Below are positions 11,213-21,968 of a DNA stretch of 64,000 bases, piece by piece (position 1 is the first letter of the stretch; each line of letters begins with the position of its first letter). A program made the translations under genes and the position numbers. The notes beneath the pieces are model-generated. The model saw nothing but the letters and a program-made list of their open reading frames with translations, did no database searches and was not told the origin of the DNA. The stretch is from contig DAIDGU010000057.1 in the NCBI GenBank assembly GCA_027459785.1, positions 34,150 to 98,149 of the forward strand, read 5' to 3'. This DNA is from Ktedonobacteria bacterium (GTDB lineage: Bacteria; Chloroflexota; Ktedonobacteria; Ktedonobacterales; JACDGC01).

Positions 11213-12790
11213 ATGCCGAATCCCCTGGCCGGCGAAACCGCCACGTTCCCGTTCGATACCGTCCTGATCGCTAATCGCGGCGAGATCGCCGTGCGCATTA
11301 TCCGCGCCTGCCGCGACCTGGGGCTGCGCAGTGTGGCCGTGTATAGCGATGCTGACCGGCTGGCGACGCATGTGCGCCTGGCCGATCTGGCCGTCTACAT
11401 CGGTCCCGCCGTCGCCAGTGCCAGCTACCTCAACATCCCACGCATCATCGAGGCGGCCCAACAGACCGGTGCGGGCGCGATCCACCCCGGCTATGGCTTT
11501 CTGTCGGAGAACGCGCACTTCGCGCAGGCGTGTGCGGATGCCGGCATCATCTTCGTCGGCCCGCCGGCGGCAGTGCAGACGGCGCTGGGCGAAAAGACCT
11601 CCGCGCGGCGCATCGCCATCGAGGCCAACGTGCCAATCGCGCCAGGCGTGAACAAAGACATCACGGATGCCGCTGAGGCGCGCACCCTGGCCGAGGAGAT
11701 CGGCTATCCCGTCTTGCTGAAGGCGGCGGCGGGCGGTGGCGGCAAGGGTATCCGCTTCATCTATCAACCGGACGAGATGGAAGCAGCGCTGGGCCAGGCG
11801 CGGGCCGAGGCGCTCGCCGCCTTTGGCGACAGCACCGTCTATCTGGAAAAAGCCATTCATCCCGCGCGGCATATCGAAGTGCAGATCATGGCCGATACAC
11901 ATGGCAACGTCATTCACCTGGGCGAGCGCGAATGCTCGTTGCAGCGCCGCCACCAGAAGCTGGTCGAAGAATCGCCCTCCGTCGCGCTGGACCCCGCCCT
12001 GCGCGCGGCGATCACCGGCGCGGCGGTGCGGCTGGCGCAACGCTGTGGCTATGTCAGCGCCGGCACGGTCGAGTTTTTGTTAGGCCCAAACGGGCAGTTT
12101 TACTTCATGGAAGTCAACACGCGCTTGCAGGTGGAACATCCCGTCACCGAATGGTGTACCGGGCTGGATCTGGTGCGCGAGCAGTTGCGCGTTGCGGCGG
12201 GCTTGCCGCTCACCGTCCAGCAAGAGGATGTCGTCTTTCGCGGCCATGCCATCGAGTGCCGCATCACAGCGGAAGATTCCTACAATCGCTTCCTGCCCGC
12301 GACCGGCACCGTCGCCCATCTGCGCGAACCCAGCGGGCCAGGCGTGCGCGTGGATAGCGCGCTCTATCCCGGCATGGAACTCTCGCTCTTCTACGATTCG
12401 CTGCTGGCTAAACTCATCGTCTGGGGACCAGATCGCGCCACGGCCATCGCGCGCTCCCTGCGCGCCCTGCGGGAATACGTGATCACCGGCACGAAGACGA
12501 CGATCCCTTTCGCCCAATTCGCGCTGGCCCATCCGCGCTTCATCGCCGGCGATCTCTCGCTGGACTTCATCGCCCAGACCTGGGACGCCGCCCTCCAAGA
12601 GTTGCAAGCGCAGCCGGAGATGCCAATAGCGGATGGTGCAACTGCGCCCACGAACGCGAGTGCGCCCGCGCTGGCCGCCGCCCTGCAAGCCGCCGGTGGC
12701 AGCGTCACCTCGGCAACGACCACGAATGGCAACGCGCCCGTCACGTCCGGTAGCCGCTGGCGCGACGCGGGCCGCACCTGGGGACGCTAG
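11213..12790 (+). CDS. accC: Acetyl/propionyl-CoA carboxylase biotin carboxylase subunit
   Basis: LIANRGEIA, HPGYGFLSEN, GGGGKG, ERECSLQRRHQK, EVNTRLQVEH. Confidence 0.93.
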   Translation: MPNPLAGETATFPFDTVLIANRGEIAVRIIRACRDLGLRSVAVYSDADRLATHVRLADLAVYIGPAVASASYLNIPRIIEAAQQTGAGAIHPGYGFLSENAHFAQACADAGIIFVGPPAAVQTALGEKTSARRIAIEANVPIAPGVNKDITDAAEARTLAEEIGYPVLLKAAAGGGGKGIRFIYQPDEMEAALGQARAEALAAFGDSTVYLEKAIHPARHIEVQIMADTHGNVIHLGERECSLQRRHQKLVEESPSVALDPALRAAITGAAVRLAQRCGYVSAGTVEFLLGPNGQFYFMEVNTRLQVEHPVTEWCTGLDLVREQLRVAAGLPLTVQQEDVVFRGHAIECRITAEDSYNRFLPATGTVAHLREPSGPGVRVDSALYPGMELSLFYDSLLAKLIVWGPDRATAIARSLRALREYVITGTKTTIPFAQFALAHPRFIAGDLSLDFIAQTWDAALQELQAQPEMPIADGATAPTNASAPALAAALQAAGGSVTSATTTNGNAPVTSGSRWRDAGRTWGR

Positions 12791-13590
12791 TGCCGCTGAG
12801 GGTTGCGATTGCCGCGCCAGGCGATGGCGGTGGCTCCGGCCAGCGCGGGGACGCCCAACACGACCAGCAGCGAAAAAGGCTGCGTGTCGGCATACAGCGA
12901 GCGCACGCCGGGCGGGATGGCGCTGGCGATGGCGCTGAGATCCCAGTTGGGTGAAGGATTACCCACGGCTTGCGGCACCTGGCTGAAGATGCCATGCTCA
13001 TTCGGCAAGAAGTGGAAGGCGGAGAAAGGCCAATAAACGAGGGTCGCTTTGCCGATGATCTCGCTGCGATCCACCGGCCCCCATTCGCGCGAATCTGAGC
13101 TACCGCCCCGGTTATCACCGAGAACGTAGTATTGATTCGCGCCCAATGTGATGCTGCGCGGGCCATAAAAATTATCGAGATCGTTGACATAGGGTTCGTT
13201 AAGGGTCGTGCCGTTGACGCTGACTTTGCCCGCCTCATCGACTTCCACGTGATCGCCGGGGAGGCCGATGATACGTTTGATATAGTTCTTGGTACGGTCG
13301 AGCGGATACTCGAAGACGATGATATCGCCGCGCTGTGGCTGACTGAAATCATAGGTAAGCTTATCCACCAGGACGAACTGACTATTTTGCAGGGTCGGTA
13401 ACATGCTGGTGCCATCGACCTGAAAATCTTGCACGGCGAAACGAATGACCAGAAACATGAGGACGGTCAGCACCAATGTCTCGCCGATATCGATCAGCAA
13501 TTGCCAGGTCGGTGAAAGGCGCGGCTTCTCCTCATAGGCGAAGTCACGTGCGAATTCGTTGCTTGCAGGCGCGATCCCTTTATTGCGCAT
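12787..13590 (-). CDS. lepB: Signal peptidase I
   Basis: GTSMLPTL, YIKRIIGLPGD, GDNRGGSSDSR. Confidence 0.93.
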   Translation of the reverse strand: MRNKGIAPASNEFARDFAYEEKPRLSPTWQLLIDIGETLVLTVLMFLVIRFAVQDFQVDGTSMLPTLQNSQFVLVDKLTYDFSQPQRGDIIVFEYPLDRTKNYIKRIIGLPGDHVEVDEAGKVSVNGTTLNEPYVNDLDNFYGPRSITLGANQYYVLGDNRGGSSDSREWGPVDRSEIIGKATLVYWPFSAFHFLPNEHGIFSQVPQAVGNPSPNWDLSAIASAIPPGVRSLYADTQPFSLLVVLGVPALAGATAIAWRGNRNPQRH

Positions 13591-13623
13591 CCGGCCCCAG
13601 CCCCTTCCTCTGCTTACGCTCCA

Positions 13624-14013
13624 TCAGCCAACCGCCACTTTGGGCCTGATAAGCGTCTGCACCCGTTCAGTGATATGGTTCGCGCTATCAACGAAAACCT
13701 TGATCGGCGCGAGGTCACGGATCTCGTCTGCGGTATAGTGTCCATAGCTGATGATAATGACCAAATCGCCTACCGCACCCAGTCGCGCCGCCGCCCCATT
13801 CAGCCCGATGACACCAGAATGGGCCGAGCCGGGAATGACATACGTCTCGAAGCGCCCGCCGGTATTGATATTGACGATCTGCACTTGCTCATAGGGCAAG
13901 AGATCTGCGCTCGCCATCAATTCGGCGTCGATTGTGATGCTGCCCTCATAATTGAGATCAGTTTGAGTCAAGGTCGCCCGGTGGATTTTCGATTTGCACA
14001 TGGTTCGTTGCAT
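13624..14013 (-). CDS. panD: Aspartate 1-decarboxylase
   Basis: [28 protein letters not shown]. Confidence 0.96.
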   Translation of the reverse strand: MQRTMCKSKIHRATLTQTDLNYEGSITIDAELMASADLLPYEQVQIVNINTGGRFETYVIPGSAHSGVIGLNGAAARLGAVGDLVIIISYGHYTADEIRDLAPIKVFVDSANHITERVQTLIRPKVAVG

Positions 14014-14228
14014 GAAGCGTCTGCTCCTGTAGGAATGATCGGTATAAGGTGTCCTCTGTATCATACGCCTCCGTGGGTGCGGGAAACAAGTGACAGGCAC
14101 CACATCGCGCCGAAAAGGCTATGCCACATGCGGCGACTATGGTACAATGATGGCGACCACGACGGAACATCACCGATACCCTCCATTCCAGGTTGCACAT
14201 GCCGCCGGGAGATGAAAGCGAGCGATGG

Positions 14229-16151
14229 ATGCCAGACCAGCCGGTACATCCCATGACGAATCCCTATGGGAATTATGCCCCTGAGCCGACGCCCCAGACA
14301 GTGCGCCGGTATCGCCGTCCCTCGCTCACCGGCTCGCCGAGTGACTCGCTCGTCGGCCCCGACAGCATGCCCATCGAGGTGCAATCGCTCAACATCCCTG
14401 GTACGCTGGGTATCGATGACCAAGCCTCCGCACAGGTACGCGCCTATCGCATGCCGGCCCTGCCGGAAGAGGGACCGGCATCTGCCAAGGTGCGTGCCTA
14501 TCGTAAGGGCCAAATGGCGCTGGCGACCTCCATCATCACCGGCTCGTTCATCATCAGCCGCATCTTAGGCGTGGCACGTACAACCTTCTTCGCCAGCGTC
14601 TTCGGCGCGACCACCGCCGCCAATGCGTACACGTTCGCATTCGTCTTGCCAAACACGGTGTATAACATCGTCGCTGGCGGCGCACTCAGTTCGGCCTTCA
14701 TTCCGATCTTCGCCGACTACTTCATCGAGCGCAACGAGAAAAAGACCGCCTGGCATATCACCAGCGCGGCGCTGAATACTTCTGTCTTCGCATTGGCGAT
14801 ATTCGCGGCCATCGCGGCCTATTTCACGCCACAGCTCGCGCATCTTTACGCGACGGGCCTCTTTCCCGCGCACCCTACGCCAGAACAAGCGCAGGAAGCC
14901 CAACAGGTGATCCTGCTCTCGCGCATCATGCTGATCCAGCCGGTGCTGCTGGGCATCTCGGTGATCACCACCTCCGTGCTGCAAGCGCGCCAACGCTTCC
15001 TGCTGCCCGCGATTGGCTCGGTACTCTACAATGTCGGCCTGATCGGCGGCATCGCGGCGACCGTCATCGACAACAAGTACCATATCTTCGGTGGCAATCT
15101 GGGCATCCTTGGTCCCACGTGGGGCGTGGTCATCGCGGCCTTCTTGCAGCTTGTCATCCAGATCCCCGGCCTGATCACCGGCGGGATGCACTACTCGTTG
15201 ACCTTGGACATTCTGCATCCCGGCGTGCGCCAGATGTATAAGCTGATGGCTCCGCGCTTCGTCAATTCCATCGCGCTCTACGCTTCGACCTTCGTCGTCA
15301 GCGGCCTGATCTCACTGGCCAATTCCGCCGACGCAGCGTATTACGGCTACCAGCAGGCATTCCAGTTGATCTTGCTGCCGATTGGCATCTTCGGCATGGC
15401 GGTGGGCCAGGCGGCCTTCCCGACGCTGGCGACGCTGGTGGTGGCGAAGGATTGGGAGCGCATGCGCCAGATCGTGTTCTCGACGGTGCGTATCATCCTG
15501 TTCCTGGCGATCCCGGCGAGCCTGGGGATGATGGTGCTGGCGGAGCCGATCACACGGCTGCTCTTCGTCCATGGCCAATTCGCTTTGAGCCAGGAATCGC
15601 TGGTCTATGTGCCAATGATCTATTTCGCGCTCGGCATCCCCGGCCTGGCGCTGATCGAGATCCTGGTGCGCTCCTACTATGCCCTGCAAGACTCGCGCAC
15701 GGCGGTCGAAGTGGGCGTGGTCGAGTTGTTTTTCATGATCGGCCTGAGCGTGTTGCTGCTGCAACCACTGGGCGTCGGCGGCGTGGCACTGGCCACCAGC
15801 ATCGGGTCCACCGGCGAAGCCGTGGTGCTGCTGTTACTGTTGCGTCCGCGCCTGGGCTGGTTCTCGTTGCGCCCGCTCTTCAACTTCCTGGCGGGCGTGG
15901 TGGCCGCGAGCCTGGTGGCGACGCTGGCCGCGCTGCTGACGTATACGCTGCTGGAAGTCGCCATCCCCCATTACGAATCGACGACGCTCAATAACCTGGC
16001 GCTGGCAGGCCAACTGACGGCGGCGGCCATCGTTGGCGGCGGCGTCTACTACCTGGGCGCACGCTTTCTGCACATCGACGACACCCTGCCCATCAACCGC
16101 ATCTTTGGCCGCATTCTAGGCAAAGTGGGGCTGCGCAAACGGCTGGCGTAA
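14229..16151 (+). CDS. murJ: Lipid II flippase MurJ/MviN
   Basis: SRILGVAR, GGALSSAFIP, LPIGIFG, multi-TM; start uncertain. Confidence 0.9.
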   Translation: MPDQPVHPMTNPYGNYAPEPTPQTVRRYRRPSLTGSPSDSLVGPDSMPIEVQSLNIPGTLGIDDQASAQVRAYRMPALPEEGPASAKVRAYRKGQMALATSIITGSFIISRILGVARTTFFASVFGATTAANAYTFAFVLPNTVYNIVAGGALSSAFIPIFADYFIERNEKKTAWHITSAALNTSVFALAIFAAIAAYFTPQLAHLYATGLFPAHPTPEQAQEAQQVILLSRIMLIQPVLLGISVITTSVLQARQRFLLPAIGSVLYNVGLIGGIAATVIDNKYHIFGGNLGILGPTWGVVIAAFLQLVIQIPGLITGGMHYSLTLDILHPGVRQMYKLMAPRFVNSIALYASTFVVSGLISLANSADAAYYGYQQAFQLILLPIGIFGMAVGQAAFPTLATLVVAKDWERMRQIVFSTVRIILFLAIPASLGMMVLAEPITRLLFVHGQFALSQESLVYVPMIYFALGIPGLALIEILVRSYYALQDSRTAVEVGVVELFFMIGLSVLLLQPLGVGGVALATSIGSTGEAVVLLLLLRPRLGWFSLRPLFNFLAGVVAASLVATLAALLTYTLLEVAIPHYESTTLNNLALAGQLTAAAIVGGGVYYLGARFLHIDDTLPINRIFGRILGKVGLRKRLA

Positions 16152-16234
16152 TGTTTGTTGCATATACAAAATCTTCGCCGTGCTGGCCGGAATCATGCTG
16201 CTGTATTGCGCGTCGCAGATGGTGAATCCCACCC

Positions 16235-16250
16235 TGTTGCACGTGGAAGA
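16235..16250. promoter_or_regulatory. Degenerate parS (TGTTGCACGTGGAAGA)
   Basis: 14/16 match to the local palindrome, intergenic. Confidence 0.55.
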
Positions 16251-16373
16251 GGTGCCAACTGCACGGCTGGAACCTGTCGTCTGAACCGTCGCTTCGCCTT
16301 GCCTCGCATGCCCGCTCGTGCTACAATGAAAAGGAAGGGAATATCGAGCCGACAGGGAGCAGAGGAGACGCAC

Positions 16374-17360
16374 ATGACCATCCACCATGAGCAAGGCCAC
16401 AACCATGCCCACGGGATGGCGGGGACCAGGCTGCGTACCGCATTCCTGCTGACCATCCTCATCCTGGTGGTGGAACTTGTCGGCGGCATCGCCTCGCATT
16501 CCCTCGCGTTGCTCTCGGATGCCGGCCATGTGCTGACAGACATCGTCGCGCTGGGCCTGGCCTGGTTCGCCACCGTGCGCGCCGCGAAACCTGCGGATGC
16601 GCGCAACACCTTCGGCTACCACCGGACGGGCATCCTCGCCGCGCTCCTCAACGCCGGCACGCTGATCCTCATCGTCGCGTGGATCGCGTATGAGGCCATC
16701 GGGCGCTTGCGCCATCCCGCCGCCGTGACGCCGTGGATCATGTTCGCGTCCGCCGCCGTGGGCATCGCCGTGAACCTCTTCATCGCGCTGGGCTTGCGCG
16801 CGGAGGGCGGCACGAACCTGAACGTGCGCGCGGCGATGCTGCACGCGCTAGGCGATATCGGCGCATCCGCCGGCGTCATCGTGGGTGGTTTGGTAATCCT
16901 GCTGACTGGCTGGCAATATGCCGACCCGATCATCTCGCTCCTCATCGCGCTCCTGATCGCCAAGGGCGCATGGGATCTGCTGGCGGAGACGGTGGACATC
17001 CTGATGGAAGCGACGCCGCGCGACCTCAACGTGGCGCAACTGGTGCGCGATGTGGTGAAGGTTCCTGGCGTCAACGACGTGCATGACCTGCATATCTGGT
17101 CCATCGCGGGCGGCATGCGGCTGCTCTCCGCGCACGTGCTGGTGGCTGACAATCGCCCCCTCGCCGAATGTGACGCCTTGATTGAACGCATCCACTGCCT
17201 GATGTGCGAACAGTACGGCATCCAGCACACGACGCTGCAACTGGAACGAGCGGGATGCGCGCAAGGTGACCTTTACTGCGCCCTGCCGGAACATGAACAC
17301 GATCACGGCCAGGAACACGCGCACGACCACAACCACGCCCATACAACGGCGGGCCGGTAA
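16374..17360 (+). CDS. Cation diffusion facilitator (CzcD/ZitB-like) transporter
   Basis: SLALLSDAGHVLTD, HALGD, VHDLHIW, His-rich termini. Confidence 0.92.
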   Translation: MTIHHEQGHNHAHGMAGTRLRTAFLLTILILVVELVGGIASHSLALLSDAGHVLTDIVALGLAWFATVRAAKPADARNTFGYHRTGILAALLNAGTLILIVAWIAYEAIGRLRHPAAVTPWIMFASAAVGIAVNLFIALGLRAEGGTNLNVRAAMLHALGDIGASAGVIVGGLVILLTGWQYADPIISLLIALLIAKGAWDLLAETVDILMEATPRDLNVAQLVRDVVKVPGVNDVHDLHIWSIAGGMRLLSAHVLVADNRPLAECDALIERIHCLMCEQYGIQHTTLQLERAGCAQGDLYCALPEHEHDHGQEHAHDHNHAHTTAGR

Positions 17361-17382
17361 TCCGCGCTGGCGCTCACGCAGC

Positions 17383-17477
17383 CGCAATACGGCGACCGGC
17401 AACCGATGCGCCTCCCAACGACCAACACGGCTCCTGGCAACCAATGCGGCTCCCGACGACCAACACGGCTCCCGACA
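17383..17477. repeat. Imperfect 19-bp tandem repeat, about 5 units (ACCAACACGGCTCCCGACG-like)
   Basis: Units at 17383, 17402, 17421, 17440, 17459. Confidence 0.7.
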
Positions 17478-17528
17478 ACCCTCGCATCCCGCGCTGTCTG
17501 CTCCGTGATCCTCCATCCTTGTGTAAAG

Positions 17529-17544
17529 TGTTCCACGTGGAACA
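17529..17544. promoter_or_regulatory. parS site (perfect)
   Basis: TGTTCCACGTGGAACA 16/16. Confidence 0.9.
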
Positions 17545-17637
17545 TAGGGCGTGGTACACTGTGCATGGCGTATGATGGCTATCACCCCTCTGGTGGCGCG
17601 TATGCCGCTCGATCACACAGCGATGAGGTAGCAGAGC

Positions 17638-19047
17638 ATGGCCGTTTCATCCCAAACACAGGCCGTTCATGCGTATATCGATCAGCACCGCGACGATTAC
17701 CTGAACGACCTCAAAACTTTTCTGCGCATCCCCAGCATCAGTACCTTGCCCAAGCATAAAAAGGACATGCAGCGGGCGGCGGAGTTCGTTCAGCAACAAC
17801 TGACGGCTGCCCGCATGGAGAACGTGCGGTTGATCGACATGGGCGGTGCGCCGCTCGTCGCCGGCGAATGGCTGCATGCCGCCGGCAAACCGACGATCCT
17901 GATCTATGGGCATTACGACGTGCAACCGGTCGATCCCGAACACCTGTGGGAGTCGAAGCCCTTCGAGCCGACGATCCGCGACGGCAAGATCTATGCGCGC
18001 GGCGCGACGGACGACAAGGGCCAGGTGCTGGCGATGATCGAAGGCGTGAAGGCGCTGATGGCAGCGGCGGGCAAGCTGCCCGTCAACGTGCGCTTTTTGA
18101 TCGAGGGCGAAGAAGAGTACGGTGGCGCGGGCATCGAAAAGTACGTGACCGAGCGCGCGGAGGAGATCCCCTGCGACGCCGTGCTGATCGCCGACACGCA
18201 CATGCTCGGCCCCGGCCTGCCCTCCATCGTCTATGGCACACGCGGCATTCTATTCGCCGAGATCGTGGCGCGGGGCGCGGCCCACGACCTGCATTCCGGC
18301 ACGTATGGTGGCGTCGCGCCGAATCCGCTGCACGCGCTGGCACTGATCATCGCCGGACTGAAAGGCAAGGACGGCGCGATCAAGCTGCCCGGCCTCGAAA
18401 AACTGGCCAAACCGGTGACGGACGAGGAGCGCGGCTGGTGGGCGCAACATCCCGGCTCGGTGGAAGAGCGCTTGCAGCGTGAGATGGGCGTGGGCGTTTT
18501 CCCCGGCGAGCAGGAGTTTGCGCCGACTGAGCGGATGGCGGCGCGGGCGACCTTCGAGGTCCACGGCTTTGTCGGCGGCTTTCAGGACGAAGGCGCGAAG
18601 ACGGTTATTCCGGCGGAGGCCAAGGTGAAAGTGAGCCTGCGCCTGGTGCCGGATCAGACGCCGGACAATGTGCTGCCCCTGCTGCGCAAACAGGTCGCCA
18701 AGCTTACCCCGCCGGGCGTCCAGACCGACGTGCAACTCGTGCATGGTGGCCTGGGCATGGTTGTCGATGTGCATAACCCGTACATCGAGGCGGCCAGCGC
18801 GGCGCTCAGCGAAGAGTATAACCACCCAACGTATTTTCTGCGCGAGGGTGGCTCGATTCCCATCGCGCCGCTTTTCATGGAACGCTTGCACGCGCCCATC
18901 GTTTTCGCTGGCTACGGTCTGGCGGATGAAGGCTTGCACGCGCCCAACGAGCATTTCAACCTTGACAATTTTTATCACGGCATTCACGGCACCGTGCGCT
19001 ATCTAGAACACGTCGCCACTATCAAGGGAGGTCGGCATGGCAAGTGA
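17638..19047 (+). CDS. M20 family dipeptidase
   Basis: YGHYDVQP, RGATDDKG, EGEEE, DLHSG, HAPNE. Confidence 0.92.
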   Translation: MAVSSQTQAVHAYIDQHRDDYLNDLKTFLRIPSISTLPKHKKDMQRAAEFVQQQLTAARMENVRLIDMGGAPLVAGEWLHAAGKPTILIYGHYDVQPVDPEHLWESKPFEPTIRDGKIYARGATDDKGQVLAMIEGVKALMAAAGKLPVNVRFLIEGEEEYGGAGIEKYVTERAEEIPCDAVLIADTHMLGPGLPSIVYGTRGILFAEIVARGAAHDLHSGTYGGVAPNPLHALALIIAGLKGKDGAIKLPGLEKLAKPVTDEERGWWAQHPGSVEERLQREMGVGVFPGEQEFAPTERMAARATFEVHGFVGGFQDEGAKTVIPAEAKVKVSLRLVPDQTPDNVLPLLRKQVAKLTPPGVQTDVQLVHGGLGMVVDVHNPYIEAASAALSEEYNHPTYFLREGGSIPIAPLFMERLHAPIVFAGYGLADEGLHAPNEHFNLDNFYHGIHGTVRYLEHVATIKGGRHGK

Positions 19048-20416
19048 TCTGCACGAGTATATCGACGCGCATCGGGATAACGTCCTGGCGGATTACCAGG
19101 CGATCCTGCGCGTCCCCAGCATCAGCGCGCTCAGCGCATTCGACGGCGACACCCGGCGCGGCGCGGAGGTGGTCGCGCACATGTTGCGCGCCAATCAGCT
19201 CGAACACATCGAGGTCATCCCCTCAGCGGGTGCGCCACTCGTTTATGCCGATTGGCTGCATGCGCCCGGCAAGCCCACTGTCTTGCTCTATGCCCATTAC
19301 GACGTGCAGCCGGTCGATCCCGAAAACGAGTGGGAAACGCCGCCTTTCGAGCCAACGATCAAAGGCGAGTACATCTTTGGGCGCGGCGTGACAGACGACA
19401 AAAGCCAGTTGACGACAACGATCCACGCCGTCGGCGCGCACCTGGCCGCGCGCGGCACGCTGCCGGTGAACGTGCGCTTTTTGATTGAGGGCGAAGAGGA
19501 GTCCAGCGGCGAGGCCATCGAGACATTCGTGCGCGCCAATCCGGAACGGCTGGCGAGCGACATCGTGGTGATCGCGGACGGTGGCATGCCCACGCAGTCC
19601 CAGCCTGCCCTGCACTATAGCTGCCGTGGCCTGCTGTATACCGAGATCGTGGCACGTGGCGCGCAGCGCGACCTGCATTCCGGCGGCTATGGCGGCAACG
19701 CGGCGAACCCACTTTTCGCGCTGGCGCAGATCATCACCGGCCTGAAAGACGCCGACGGCCACATCACCATCCCCGGCCTCTATGAACTGGTGCAGCCACC
19801 AACGCCGGCGGAATTGGCCTCGTGGCGCGACCAGGAGGCGACATTCCTGGAAGATGTGCAGGACGCGACCGGCAATCCGCCCATCGGTGATCCCAGTGCG
19901 ACGCCGCTGGAACGGGCTTGGTCGCAACCGACGCTGGAGGTCCACGGCTTCATCGGCGGCTTTCAGGGCGAAGGATCGAAGACGGTCATCCCGGCGGAAG
20001 CGAAGGTGAAGGTGAGCCTGCGCCTGGTGCCGAACCAAACCCCACAGAACGTGCTGCCGCTGCTGCAAGCGCGCGTGGCCGAACTGACGCCGCCCGGCAT
20101 CACCACCGAGGTTCAGGTGATCGGCGAGGGTATGCCGTTTTTCACCGATCCGTCGTCGCCGGCCTTCACCGCCGTGGCCGCCGCGCTGGCCGAGGAGTTC
20201 GGCGTGCAGCCGTGGCTGGCACGTGGCGGGGGATCGGTCCCGATCTCCGCGACGCTGCAAGAGGTGCTGAAGGCGGACGTGCTGGTGGTCGGCTTCGGGC
20301 TGCCCGGTGACCGCGCCCACGCGGCCAACGAGCGCACCCACCTGCCAACCGTCTATCGCGGCGTCCACGCTTTCGCGCGCATGCTGGATGCCTTCGGCGC
20401 GCAAGCCACCAAGTAA
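19037..20416 (+). CDS. M20 family dipeptidase (tandem paralog)
   Basis: YAHYDVQP, RGVTDDKS, EGEEE, DLHSG, HAANE. Confidence 0.92.
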   Translation: MASDLHEYIDAHRDNVLADYQAILRVPSISALSAFDGDTRRGAEVVAHMLRANQLEHIEVIPSAGAPLVYADWLHAPGKPTVLLYAHYDVQPVDPENEWETPPFEPTIKGEYIFGRGVTDDKSQLTTTIHAVGAHLAARGTLPVNVRFLIEGEEESSGEAIETFVRANPERLASDIVVIADGGMPTQSQPALHYSCRGLLYTEIVARGAQRDLHSGGYGGNAANPLFALAQIITGLKDADGHITIPGLYELVQPPTPAELASWRDQEATFLEDVQDATGNPPIGDPSATPLERAWSQPTLEVHGFIGGFQGEGSKTVIPAEAKVKVSLRLVPNQTPQNVLPLLQARVAELTPPGITTEVQVIGEGMPFFTDPSSPAFTAVAAALAEEFGVQPWLARGGGSVPISATLQEVLKADVLVVGFGLPGDRAHAANERTHLPTVYRGVHAFARMLDAFGAQATK

Positions 20417-20535
20417 GCCCCGTCAGTGTGGGGAAGCAAATAGTTTCCCCACTTCTGCTTTTCGTGCGATCCGCCCAATCGCCTTTTGCCGCCAAGTGAT
20501 ATGCTATCTCTACATCACTTGGCGGGAGCGAAAGC

Positions 20536-21864
20536 ATGGCGGCGCAAGATATGCTGGCGGAAGCAACGACGCGGGGCGTGCGCTTCTGTAACCTGGAATT
20601 CACTGATATCGTGGGGATGGCGAAAGCGGTGACAATTCCCATCGAGGAGTTGCCGGCGTCGCTGGCGGAGGGGCGTTGGTTCGACGGCTCAGCCATCGAG
20701 GGCTTCGCGCGCGAGATCGAGAGCGACATGTACCTGCGGCCCGATCCCGCGACCTTCGCCGTCATCCCGTGGGAAACGACGCGGGCGCGCGTCATCTGCG
20801 ATGTGGTGCAGCCCGACGGCACACCCTTCGCCGGCGACCCCCGCGCGCGGCTGCGCCTGCTGCTGGCACGCGCGGCACGGCAGGGCATGCGCTATGAGGT
20901 CGCGCCGGAGATCGAGTTTTTCCTGCTCCGCCAGCCGACGACCGATCCCCCCCAGGCGATCCCCTTCGACCGAGGCAGCTATTTTGATCTGACGAACGAG
21001 GCGACGGCGCGCGTGTGGCGCGAACTGATGGCTGCGCTGGAAGCGCTGGGCGTGCGGGTGGAATCGAGTCACCACGAGGTCGCCGATGGCCAGCACGAGA
21101 TCGATCTGGCGCTGGATGATGCGCTATCCGCCGCCGATGCGACGATGACCTGTAAGCTAGCGATCAAAGCTGTCGCGGCGCATCATGGACTGACGGCAAC
21201 CTTCATGCCCAAGCCCATCGCCGGCGTCAACGGCTCCGGCATGCATATTCACCAACGGCTGATCGAGATCACCAGTGGGCGCAACGTCTGCGCCGACCCC
21301 GATAACCGCGACTATGGTCTTTCCGAAACGGGCCTCCACTTCATCGCGGGGCTGCTGGACCACGCCCAGGCGATGTCCGCCGTGCTTTCGCCGCTGGTTA
21401 ATTCCTATAAACGCCTGATCCCCACCTATGAAGCGCCGGTGGAACTCACCTGGGGCCACCACAACCAGGATATGTTGGTGCGTGTGCCACGCCTGGCGAC
21501 GCGCCGCCAGAGCGACGTGCAGATCGAGATCCGCAGCCCCGATCCCAGTTGCAATCCCTATCTCGCCTTCACCGTGCTGCTGGCTGCCGGCCTGGACGGC
21601 ATCGATCGCGCGCTGGAATGCCCCGCGCCCGCCGACCGGCGCACCCGCAAGCCGGCGGCACACCGGCGGCGCGAAGCCGTGGGACCACACCTGCCGGAAT
21701 CCCTGGCCGAAGCTCTGACCGCGCTGGAAGGCGATCCCCTACTGCGCGACGCACTCGGCGCCACCATCACCGACGAATTTCTGGACGCGAAATGGCAGGA
21801 ATGGGACGACTATCGCGCTGCAATCAGCGCATGGGAGTTGCGGCGCTATCTGGCGCTATTCTAA
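20536..21864 (+). CDS. glnA: Glutamine synthetase family protein (type I-like)
   Basis: FDGSAI, EIEFF, HHEV, FMPKP, NGSGMHIH, NSYKRL, EIRSPD. Confidence 0.85.
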   Translation: MAAQDMLAEATTRGVRFCNLEFTDIVGMAKAVTIPIEELPASLAEGRWFDGSAIEGFAREIESDMYLRPDPATFAVIPWETTRARVICDVVQPDGTPFAGDPRARLRLLLARAARQGMRYEVAPEIEFFLLRQPTTDPPQAIPFDRGSYFDLTNEATARVWRELMAALEALGVRVESSHHEVADGQHEIDLALDDALSAADATMTCKLAIKAVAAHHGLTATFMPKPIAGVNGSGMHIHQRLIEITSGRNVCADPDNRDYGLSETGLHFIAGLLDHAQAMSAVLSPLVNSYKRLIPTYEAPVELTWGHHNQDMLVRVPRLATRRQSDVQIEIRSPDPSCNPYLAFTVLLAAGLDGIDRALECPAPADRRTRKPAAHRRREAVGPHLPESLAEALTALEGDPLLRDALGATITDEFLDAKWQEWDDYRAAISAWELRRYLALF

Positions 21865-21968
21865 ATCATCAAGAATATAATGCAACGACATGGCACACAT
21901 CTTGCCTATAAAAGAGGACGAGCGAAGGAGTGCTTCGCCTCACGGTTTGATTCCGAAAGGAGTACGCT

